DNA from: Octopus bimaculoides
Lineage: Eukaryota
Length of the DNA stretch: 64,000 nt
NCBI RefSeq assembly: GCF_001194135.2
Contig: NC_068989.1
Span: 53,144,552-53,208,551, forward strand
Reading direction: 5' to 3'
The translations under genes and the position numbers were made by a program. This document shows, piece by piece, positions 1-10,085 of the stretch (the first letter of the stretch is position 1; every line of letters starts with the position of its first letter). The notes under the pieces were generated by a model, which was not told the DNA's origin, made no database searches, and saw only the letters and a list, made by a program, of their open reading frames with translations.

Positions 1-245
1 ATTGTGCAGAAGCTGACCTGGCTACACCAAGCACAAACAAGGAACTTTGCCATACTCAAATTCGGTATGTGACAATCTAATTGTATACACAAGACAACAT
101 AATATAGTCATATGCAATACATATTGCCCACCAGATGCTCCAAACCACATAGGCAAATTTGAAGATTGCTTCACAAGAATTAAAGAAATCTTAATGAAAC
201 TGAAACAAACGTGACCATATTTCTTATGGGTGATTTCCACTACAC
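1..245 (+). mobile_element. CR1-like LINE fragment (AP-endonuclease region)
   Basis: Nucleotide similarity to the CR1 copy at ~7630-8110 (…ccagatgctccaaaccacataggcaaatttgaagattgc… vs …tggatgctccaaatcatgtaggcaagtttgaagactgc…); ends near an LMGDF motif. Confidence 0.75.
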
Positions 246-249
246 AGCC

Positions 250-722
250 ACTCCACATAAACACCCATTTTCTCCTCAGCAAACCAAACACAATACAGAC
301 TTTCCACGACAATCCACCTACTACAACCATTTTTTAGACCTAAATCAGAGAAACACAGATGTGAAATGGAACAAAATGTACAAGAACAACCGAAAATAAT
401 TAACTTATCAAAGAAAATCCTAAGTATTACACAAACTAAAATTCTAGCAAGAGGTTTAAAGTTTACTCCAGCCCCTCGCAGATCGAACCCGAATGAAATT
501 AAGGATAACACTATGGATTTCTGATGAAAATTATGCAAGAAGCACTTCACAACTACACCACCAAAGATGACTCAATAGTAAAAAACAAAAGTGAATACTG
601 TCCTACAAAGGGCAGAAATAAAGCACTTGATGCTTTTTGTGAACACATTACCAGTTTTCCTTTTAATACCCTATAAAAACAACAAATTAAATTCTGCCTT
701 AATGTAAATGAATGGAAAGTCC
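250..722 (+). mobile_element. Penelope-like element (PLE-1), 5' part of ORF, decayed
   Basis: Translates as INLSKKILS…ILARGLKFTPAP…DDSIVKNKSEY…NEWKVL, the typical PLE pre-RT region, with stops. Collinear with the RT that resumes at ~3634. Confidence 0.75.
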
Positions 723-865
723 TAATAGGTAGGAGGAGTCAGAACTCCTCAGAGACAGCGATGCCGCTGGAGAAAGAGGTGCCCCGTCTAATTTATACGT
801 CCTACCAGCGCTGGCGTGTATAAAAACTAACACAGATGACGAAATATATCACATGATTACTTGCA

Positions 866-899
866 TATAAATACACACAAAACAACTCGAAGCCAGTCC
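866..899 (+). promoter_or_regulatory. Putative viral capsid-gene core promoter
   Basis: TATAAATA at 866-873. CCAGTCC at 893-899 fits the Inr consensus YYANWYY with A+1 at 895, 29 nt from the TATA start. VP1 ATG is at 905. Confidence 0.55.
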
Positions 900-904
900 G
901 TGTT

Positions 905-2511
905 ATGCCTCCGCCAAAGAAACGTCCTAAAGAGAAAAAGTCATCAGAACTGCACGTCCCAGGCCACGATTTCTTAGGACCAGGAACAGACCTACATACA
1001 AGAAGATTTCAAGTGCCCCGAAACGAATTAGACGCTATAGCAAAAACACATGACTTACATTACGAGGATCCTACGAAGGACACCTGGGAATCAGACAAGC
1101 ACTTCATCGGCAGCGCTATCAAAACCGGACCACTTGGAGTCCTCTCAGCCGGAGCAATTAGTCTTAAGCATTATTGTGGACTTGANNNNNNNNNNCGAGG
1201 ATCCTACGAAGGACACCTGGGAATCAGACAAGCAATTCATCGGCAGTGCTGTCAAAACCGGACCACTTGGAGTCCTCTCAGCCGGAGCAATTAGTCTTAA
1301 ACATTATTGTGGACTTGATCAAAAATTCAGAGGCAACAGCGGCAATAGTGATAGCGTTACTCATTCTCAGTACGTTGTCGATCTTAAGAAAATGGCTGAA
1401 GCATCTACAAGCAACGAGGGCGCAGCAGGCGCAGCAACAGGCTGGGCAGGAAACCAAGTCAGAGGAGCAACCATCCCAGAAGCAACCGGCAATTTCAGCG
1501 GAGATGTGTGCTTCAAACGAAGATTCAGACATGGAGTTAAAACAACTCAAATGAATCAGGCAACAGTCGACTTCACTAAATTTCAAGGCAGTGAAAAAGG
1601 CTACCATGATGTCGGACACAACGCATACGGCATTGTAAATGCAGAAGACTACATAATACCATACTGGCTAACATCATGGGTCAATCCCATTCAGTTCGAA
1701 CAGACAATCAAGACAGCTACGTCATACCGAATTAAATCTGTCGGTTTCGAAATCTCTGACGTCATAGGTGGCGAATGGACATCAAGGAATAACGAAGAGG
1801 TATTCCTACCAAGCCCCCTGCCTTACTTCGAAATATGGATTGACAACGGCACATACGTAGGGCACGGCAACCTCAAAACCATTACTAAAGTGCCCAACAT
1901 GGGATTCTCATTAATACAACCAGAACAGTTCGTAAATATGGAGCTACCAAAATACAAATTCGCATATTGCGCACCGACAGCTTACGTCAATCAATTATCC
2001 GAATGCGGAATCACAGCAGACAAACAATCATGCACATCGAAAATCATAAGATTCCACGACTGGAGAGAAATGCCGAGCGTACAAAAAGTCAGACAAGGAG
2101 ATGTTTACAGCCACAAATGGGATAACCCATCACAGCTTCGAGTACCACTAACTAATACAAGTATAAATGACACATACACAAGGCATGGTTGCATCTTAAA
2201 CTACGGATCCTCTGTCAACGATGAAACACAACTAGGATTCAACTACACATGGGATGGATGTCTCGACGTCACCACAGCACCTGAGCTTGGAGTAGAAGGA
2301 AAAGAAAACCACGAAAGCTTCGGTGAAACTAGAAAACGCAAAAGACCACATAAAAAAGAAGACCTTAACTACACAGAAATTTCTGACATAAACTACGACC
2401 ACCAGCAACCAATTAACAAAAAGGACGGAACAAGAGGGATCAGCAGCGGCAGCATGGTTACAGCCAATAGAACTCTCATTAACAAAGTACTATACACTTC
2501 CGAAGACCCGC
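905..2511 (+). CDS. VP1: Parvoviral VP1/VP2 capsid protein with N-terminal PLA2 (3' end lost in gap; >=~490 aa after collapsing the 133-nt assembly overlap)
   Basis: N-terminal NLS-like PPPKKRPKEKK; Ca-loop HVPGHDFLGPGT; catalytic LDAIAKTHDLHY and ESDKHF; Gly/Ala-rich MAEASTSNEGAAGAATGWAG (likely VP2 start at 1392, AAAATGG context); helix-A/beta-D-like IPYWLTSWVNPIQFEQTIKTATSYRIKSVGFEISDV. No stop or frameshift once 1063-1185 and 1196-1318 are merged. Confidence 0.85.
1050..1554 (+). CDS. Overlapping +1-frame ORF in the VP1-unique region, ~123 aa, one predicted TM helix (X/ARF1/MAAP/SAT-like accessory protein candidate)
   Basis: ATG lies inside the catalytic His-Asp codons (cAT Gac). Merged product: MTYITRILRR…IIVDL-IKNSEATAAIVIALLILSTLSILRKWLKHLQ…ELKQLK*. 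Open in both copies of the duplicated segment. Confidence 0.55.
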
Positions 2512-3301
2512 NNNNNNNNNNNNNNNNNNNNNNNNNNNNNNNNNNNNNNNNNNNNNNNNNNNNNNNNNNNNNNNNNNNNNNNNNNNNNNNNNNNNNNNNN
2601 NNNNNNNNNNNNNNNNNNNNNNNNNNNNNNNNNNNNNNNNNNNNNNNNNNNNNNNNNNNNNNNNNNNNNNNNNNNNNNNNNNNNNNNNNNNNNNNNNNNN
2701 NNNNNNNNNNNNNNNNNNNNNNNNNNNNNNNNNNNNNNNNNNNNNNNNNNNNNNNNNNNNNNNNNNNNNNNNNNNNNNNNNNNNNNNNNNNNNNNNNNNN
2801 NNNNNNNNNNNNNNNNNNNNNNNNNNNNNNNNNNNNNNNNNNNNNNNNNNNNNNNNNNNNNNNNNNNNNNNNNNNNNNNNNNNNNNNNNNNNNNNNNNNN
2901 NNNNNNNNNNNNNNNNNNNNNNNNNNNNNNNNNNNNNNNNNNNNNNNNNNNNNNNNNNNNNNNNNNNNNNNNNNNNNNNNNNNNNNNNNNNNNNNNNNNN
3001 NNNNNNNNNNNNNNNNNNNNNNNNNNNNNNNNNNNNNNNNNNNNNNNNNNNNNNNNNNNNNNNNNNNNNNNNNNNNNNNNNNNNNNNNNNNNNNNNNNNN
3101 NNNNNNNNNNNNNNNNNNNNNNNNNNNNNNNNNNNNNNNNNNNNNNNNNNNNNNNNNNNNNNNNNNNNNNNNNNNNNNNNNNNNNNNNNNNNNNNNNNNN
3201 NNNNNNNNNNNNNNNNNNNNNNNNNNNNNNNNNNNNNNNNNNNNNNNNNNNNNNNNNNNNNNNNNNNNNNNNNNNNNNNNNNNNNNNNNNNNNNNNNNNN
3301 N

Positions 3302-3633
3302 CAATTAAACACTGTCACGATAAGAAACACTTTCACATAATATCTTTTCATAAAGAACATCCCTCAAACCAACACAGCTTTCAAATGCTGAAAAATATAC
3401 TAAGGAACAACATCGCCAAACCATACGACATGGCAGCCATGAAATTGTTTACTCCTTATGGATTTTGCAAGTATCTAACTCAAAACGATTCTTTAAGATG
3501 GGTAGTATGTGCTAATAACATAAACTCGGAGCAGCAAACAGCTTTACTTCAAAAGCTAACTGACAAAGACTACGATAACACTGATGACGACATGAAATTG
3601 AAATTGACCATTTATCCAATTTTAAATATAGAT
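3302..3633 (+). pseudogene. Probable parvoviral NS1 N-terminal HUH nickase fragment
   Basis: The frame of ORF 3385 extends upstream to IKHCHDKKHFHIISF (HUH motif), followed by an amphipathic helix and TPYGFCKYLTQNDSLRWVVCANN (motif-III-like Tyr). Not PLE-like. Judged by eye. Confidence 0.5.
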
Positions 3634-5460
3634 AGTCTATTCTATGGATTACCTAAAATACACAAAAATCCACATATTTGTAAAGCTTACAAAGTTTCTC
3701 CAAGCCTATGCATTAATGTTCCTCCCCCTACTGACCTCAAACTGAGACCCATCATTGCTGGCTGTTTGCAAAAACCACCATTTGAGCAACTTCCTCACAT
3801 TTTACTCAAACTGTTTCTAAAATATGTTAAAAGATTCATCAGGGATGACTTAGACATGCTTAACCACCTCCTGAAGACAATAAATGAAGGAACCCTGTTA
3901 GTATCATTCGATGTGGTGAATTTGTACACCAATATCCCACACGATTATGGTATAGAGGCAATCACCTTCTGGCTAGAAAAATACCCACAAGAAATCCCAG
4001 GACGCATCAACCACAGATTCATAATTGCAGCACTCAAATTCATCCTACTAAACAACTATTTCACGTTCGATACAGTTTACTATTGACAAAAATGTGGAAT
4101 TGCAATGGGAAGCCCAGCTGCACCAGTGATTGTGAACCTTGTAATGGGTTACCTAGAGCTTAAAATTCATCAATCATCACTACAAAAATATGGTACCTCT
4201 TTTCACTGCTATTTAAAGGAGAAGTGGAAGAGGTATCTGGACGATTGCTTTATACTTTGGAAAGACAGCATGGACAAACTCCTCGATTTCAAAATAGTGC
4301 TTAACAATATTGATAGCAACATACAAGTCACCATGGAACACAGCAGTAAACAACTCCCTTTTCTCAACATCCTAATTAAAATAGTCAATAACCACATCGA
4401 AACAGACATCTTCTATAAACCCACAGATTCTAAACAATACCTATTATTCAACTCATGCCACCCCAAACACATAAAAATTAATATAACTTATAATCTAGCA
4501 AAAAGAATCTGTACTATAGTTTCGGACTCCTATACTCATGAACAAAGACTCCTTGAACTCAGATCAATACTAATCAAAAGACATTACCCAATATCTTTAA
4601 TAAATGATGGAATTAAGCAAGCTAAGGAAATAGACATGCAAGCATGAAGGGAAGTCAACCAAAATACTAAACCAGACTTTAAAATATTCCCATACATCTC
4701 CACACATGACCCTAGAAACAATGAAGCCTTTAATGTTATCATCCAAAATCTACCCATCCTCACAAGAAATAAAATAACGAACAAAATTTCAGGCTCACAC
4801 AAAATGATCAAAAGTAAAATGTAAACTAAATGGTTGAAAAAAATATTAACCAATGCAAGTCTGTATCCATTAACAACAGAACCAGAAGTGAAAAAATGTG
4901 GTCGACCTAACTGTGGTACTTGCCCCCACCTTTTGGAGGGTTCAGAGTTCCACTTTAAACAAGGTGAAATATTTAAGATTAAATCAAATTTCACCTGTGC
5001 CTCGGAAAGTCTAATCTATGCCATTACATGTTTAGGGTGTGGTAATAATTATATTGGCCAAACAAGAATATCATTCAGAAGAACCACTCTCCAAAAACAG
5101 ACAAATACAGGTCAGTGGACACATAGGAAATTAGGATTAAGATTCCATGCACACCTTTCTAATTTTTCCCTTCTATCAATGTTCACAGAACACCTCAATA
5201 CAACAAAGAATGAAAAGAGGCAATCTTCCACAACTAAATATGAACACATATATATTATGTGTTCATATTATGTGTGCTATATAAGGCTGTTATAAAAAAT
5301 AATTCCTTTTACATGTCTTGATGTTTGTCTGTAACTGTTACCCTGATGATGGGGTCATCACCAGATTGCACTATGACGTGTATGGCCCACGGTGGTGAAC
5401 CCTTGAAATGGCCATAGGTGCTTGTGTGTGTTTTTGAGCAGTGTTTTTTATGAACTTTTG
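3634..5460 (+). mobile_element. PLE-1 3' part: reverse transcriptase + GIY-YIG endonuclease + 3' terminal repeat
   Basis: FYGLPKIHK, LRPIIAG, VSFDVVNLYTNIP, AMGSPAAP, WKRYLDDCF, KCGRPNCGTCP, LIYAITCLGCGNNYIGQT; one frame with stops at ~4084, ~4645 and ~4822. Confidence 0.92.
5339..5420 (+). ncRNA. Type I hammerhead ribozyme (PLE-associated)
   Basis: tacc-CTGATGA-(stem II gggtcatcacc/ggtggtgaaccc region)-GAAA-tggcca(palindrome)-TA-ggtg. Confidence 0.7.
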
Positions 5461-5639
5461 TAAGTTTGGTGAGTAGAGACGGATTTTACCTATGGAAGTC
5501 TGCTGTTATTACTTGTACCCTGAAGGAAGTACAGGACCTTCTAATATAACTTTAAATGTTAAATTATTTTAAACTTTTTTGTCATTTTTTGAATTTTTAA
5601 TCGCTTAATTTCATTCGAATTGGAATCTTTATAAAAAGG

Positions 5640-6062
5640 AGAAATATGACTTGCAAAAGAGAACTGAACCTTTAAACCCTAAACAACCCCATTTCGTTTT
5701 AAAAGACCATAAGATAAACTTTTGGAATAGCCCCAAATTACGTCTAATTTGTCCATCCAAATCTGATATTGGCATTCTTAGTAAAAATATACTTGACAAA
5801 TACATACATACTTTAGTCAAAAAATTGAAAATTAGTTTATGGTCCAATTCTTTGCAGGTAGTTGAATGGTTTCGTAACATTAATAACAAACATAACGCCA
5901 AATTTATCCAGTTTGACACATCTAACTTTTATTCATCAATTAACCCCATTATTTTAAACAAAGCACTTTGGTTTGCTCACAAGAAGGCAGGTATGCCTAG
6001 AGAGGAATTTAAAGTTATTAAAGCAGCAAGAAATTCTATAATTAAGTTCAACAAAAAACTAT
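5640..6062 (+). mobile_element. PLE RT fragment (second family), copy a
   Basis: PHFVLKDHKINFWNSPKLRLICPSKSDIG…KFIQFDTSNFYSSI. Confidence 0.85.
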
Positions 6063-6529
6063 ATATATATACGTACGCTCACACGGATCCTGGCCTTTCA
6101 ACTGGATTTGGAGTACCCAACTGCCGGAATTTTTTGTACCTCGGATTACTNNNNNNNNNNNNNNNNNNNNNNNNNNNNNNNNNNNNNNNNNNNNNNNNNN
6201 NNNNNNNNNNNNNNNNNNNNNNNNNNNNNNNNNNNNNNNNNNNNNNNNNNNNNNNNNNNNNNNNNNNNNNNNNNNNNNNNNNNNNNNNNNNNNNNNNNNN
6301 NNNNNNNNNNNNNNNNNNNNNNNNNNNNNNNNNNNNNNNNNNNNNNNNNNNNNNNNNNNNNNNNNNNNNNNNNNNNNNNNNNNNNNNNNNNNNNNNNNNN
6401 NNNNNNNNNNNNNNNNNNNNNNNNNNNNNNNNNNNNNNNNNNNNNNNNNNNNNNNNNNNNNNNNNNNNNNNNNNNNNNNNNNNNNNNNNNNNNNNNNNNN
6501 NNNNNNNNNNNNNNNNNNNNNGAACTTAT

Positions 6530-7130
6530 ATATTTCTAGGGAGGAAATTAATGTAATTTTAGCGGCCCGTAAATCTATCATCAAATTTAACAATAAACTT
6601 TGGATCCATAAGGATACTCCGGAGGCTTTTGATGTTCCTATGGGAAGTTCGGACTCAGCTCAAATAGCAGATGTGGTCTGTTCGTATGTATTATATGAAA
6701 TGGCAGACCAGTTCCCTAATATTAAGGGAGGTCTTTATAGGGACGATTGTCTGCTATACCTCCATAAGGCCTCTGCCCAGAGTATACAAAAAGTTAAAAA
6801 TAGATTAGCCAGATTCTTCAAAAGAATGGGCTTTGGCATTGTTTTTGAGGATGAGGTCTCTGTAGCAAACTTTCTGGACGTTACCTTAGATTTACATAGT
6901 AATACTCATTTCCCATTCCATAAACATTCAACTACTCTCAAGTACATAAGCCCCTTTAGTAATCATCCAAGACATATAACCAGTAATTTGGTTAGGAATA
7001 TCTCAATTCGACTTTCCAAACTTTCTTCTAACTCCCAAATTTTCAATAAGGAGGGTGACTTCTATAATTCAGCCTTATTTAGGGCTGGCTATAAGGAAAA
7101 GGTAGTGTACATTAACTCTTCTAGTGATCT
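6530..7130 (+). mobile_element. PLE RT fragment (second family), copy b
   Basis: FDVPMGSSDSAQIAD…GLYRDDCL…NFLDVTLDL…SNHP. Confidence 0.85.
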
Positions 7131-7209
7131 TTCTCCTTCTACACAACATGATACCCCCTTTACTAGCGTAGATGTACCCATTTCTATTCTTTCCCATTCT
7201 TCAGAAAGT

Positions 7210-9720
7210 AAACCCAAGTGCAAGTGCCTCTACCACCATCAAAGCGAAAAAGCGTGGAGGTGAAAGGGTCAAGAAAGAAGAATTAAAAGCAGGAAAAACC
7301 AAAACTAAAACAAAAGATGAAACAGCCAAAGAAAGAAGCAGACCTGAATAGCCATATAACAAAAAGGATAGAAAGAGACAGCACACACGAATATGCAAAT
7401 TCTATTTGAAAGGTGTCTGCTGGCATGGAAAGGGAGGTGCAAGCTGCCGTTTTGCACCAAAGACCCCACCACATAAACATGAAATAAGGCAGAAACCACC
7501 TGCCAAAAGGAAAGGACTATGCACCACCTGCCCCAAAATGGAGGTACGCAGATGTGTATGCAACAAACCAGACTTAACATGTTCTTGAATGGGCAGCTGC
7601 TGAACAACAATCTTTTTTGTGCATGGCATAAAAGATTGTACAACAGCTGATCTGGCTACATCAATTTCACAGATGGGACTATCCCCAATACACAAGACCA
7701 CCATAGCAAATAAACTCAAGGCAGGCACTACTGGCAACAACACACATCACATCACATCAGTGCTTTTACTGAACATCAGAGGACTGTTAACACTTAGTAA
7801 CAGGACAAAAATTCCTTTCTTGAGACCTTGTTGCATGCAATCAAGCCTTATGCATAGCACTTTCGGAAACACACCTGAAACCAGATAAAGCAAATGCAGA
7901 AATACACACACCACAGTATTATGTTGTATTATGGACCGACAGGAAAGAAAGGTGTACATATAAGACAACTCAATGTAGTACATATAAGACAACCCAATGT
8001 AGTTATATGTGCTACATATCACCCTCTGGATGCTCCAAATCATGTAGGCAAGTTTGAAGACTGCCTTACAAAAATAGAACAACAAATAAGTGTACTTCTT
8101 ATGGGAGACTTCAATATGCCAAATGTCAGATGGCCCAAGCGCCTTTCTCTCCCAGGAATGGCAGGATGCGAACAAGGGCAAGTGAAGTCCCTTGTGAACC
8201 TCATCAACACTTTGTACATGGAACAAATAGTACTCCAACCAACCAGGGCAGGTAACATATTGGATCTCTGCTTCACAAATAATATGGATCTCATCCATAA
8301 TGTGAAAGTGACACCGGCGCTACTCTCGGATCACAACATGATAGAGCTGACCATGTACGGACAAAGGAAACCATAGACATGCAGCCAACAAGAAACTCGC
8401 AGAATCTTTCCAGTTTGAAATTCCATAGGGCAAACTGGAAACAAAACTGGCCGAAATGTCTCTCCTCACCAGACATCGACATGAAACTTCAACAATTCAT
8501 GTATGTAATGCAAGCCATATGCTACAGATGTGTCTGGAGAAAAAGGCCACTGTACACAAAAACAAAATCCTCAGGGAGAGAAAAATTCTTATGAGACGGT
8601 GTACAAAAGTTTCAAATCGCCTAAACAAACAAATTGAAAGCAGTGAAAAGTCCCGCCTGAAAATGTAACTGCTGGAAATTTTAAAACATCTGCAACTCTC
8701 CCATGAAAAAGAAAGAGCAGATAAACAAGCCTGGGCTATAGACAATATAAAATCTAACCCCAGAACTTTCAACAAGTTTGCCAAAGAAACAGCTTCAGTG
8801 CACTGCAGGATAGGGCCACTCCTCAAAAACAATGGTACACTCACACGAAACCCAGTAAGGATAAGTGAAATACTAAATGAGCAAGTCAAAAGTATTTTCA
8901 CTCCACCCTGAGGACACTTGTAAGGCCAACTGATTTTTTTACCACAACAGATATAAAAACAGAGGCAGTGATGATCGATTACATCAATATAAAGGGAGAC
9001 GATGTAATAAGGGCTATAGATGAAATGAACCTAAACTCAGCTACTGGCCCTGATGGATTCCCAGCAATCTTTTTAAAAGTATATAACTGTGTCCTAACAA
9101 GACCACTGCAGATCACAAACTGCATGATCTCGGCATAGTCGGAAAATTGGGAGAATGACTTTCTAAAGGATAGAAGTCAGGAGGTAGTAGCCAATGACAC
9201 ACAAACAGTGAGCGATGTTCCGCAAGGCACTGTTTTGGGACCAGTACTGTTCATAATGGCCCTCTCAGACACGCCCTCAGCCACATAGAGAGCCATAATC
9301 ACAAGTTATGAAGATGATACAAAAGTCTCATAGGTAATACAGAACCCTGAAGACACTATGCACCTGCAATGTGAGCTGGATGAAATATACAAGTGGGCTG
9401 AAAAGAATAGCATGCAGTTTAATGCTGAAAAGTTTCAAGCCTTGTGCTATCAGCATGCAAACCTAAATGCAATACCCATTAAATACACTGGACCTGGAGG
9501 GATTGTAATCCCAGAGGTACAGTCATCCTTTCATGTGCATGTTGCTAAATTGGCAATGAAATGCAGGTGGCTGACAGGATGGATTCTTAGAACTTTTAGA
9601 ACAAGAAATCAGGAAGCCATGATGGTCCTTGTTTTAAGCTACTTTGATTACTGCTTTCAGTTATGGTCACCAACCAGTGTCAAATTAATCTCTGAACTTG
9701 AGGCAATCCAACGAAGCTAC
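7210..9720 (+). mobile_element. CR1-clade LINE, decayed (ORF1 CCCH-finger remnant, AP-endonuclease, RT with internal deletion)
   Basis: CWHGKGGASCRFA; LLNIRGL, MGDFNMP, QPTRAGNILDLCFTN, SDHN; ATGPDGF, VPQGTVLGP, YEDDTK, WAEKNSMQFNAEK. Confidence 0.9.
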
Positions 9721-10085
9721 ATTATATATATNNNNNNNNNNNNNNNNNNNNNNNNNNNNNNNNNNNNNNNNNNNNNNNNNNNNNNNNNNNNNNNNNNNNN
9801 NNNNNNNNNNNNNNNNNNNNNNNNNNNNNNNNNNNNNNNNNNNNNNNNNNNNNNNNNNNNNNNNNNNNNNNNNNNNNNNNNNNNNNNNNNNNNNNNNNNN
9901 NNNNNNNNNNNNNNNNNNNNNNNNNNNNNNNNNNNNNNNNNNNNNNNNNNNNNNNNNNNNNNNNNNNNNNNNNNNNNNNNNNNNNNNNNNNNNNNNNNNN
10001 NNNNNNNNNNNNNNNNNNNNNNNNNNNNNNNNNNNNNNNNNNNNNNNNNNNNNNNNNNNNNNNNNNNNNNNNNNNNNNNNNNNTA

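Larger units (their letters stand above)
723..3633 (+). mobile_element. Endogenous parvovirus/densovirus-like element inserted in PLE-1 (spans gaps 1186-1195 and 2512-3301)
   Basis: Non-PLE sequence between the two halves of PLE-1; contains a PLA2-bearing capsid ORF and a probable NS1 fragment. Confidence 0.8.

Noticed and set aside
1063-1318. Tandem duplication or programmed frameshift in VP1
   Set aside because: The repeat flanks a 10-N gap, the same pattern as 14779-14938, so it is an unmerged contig overlap. Only the 4 mismatches are kept as a finding
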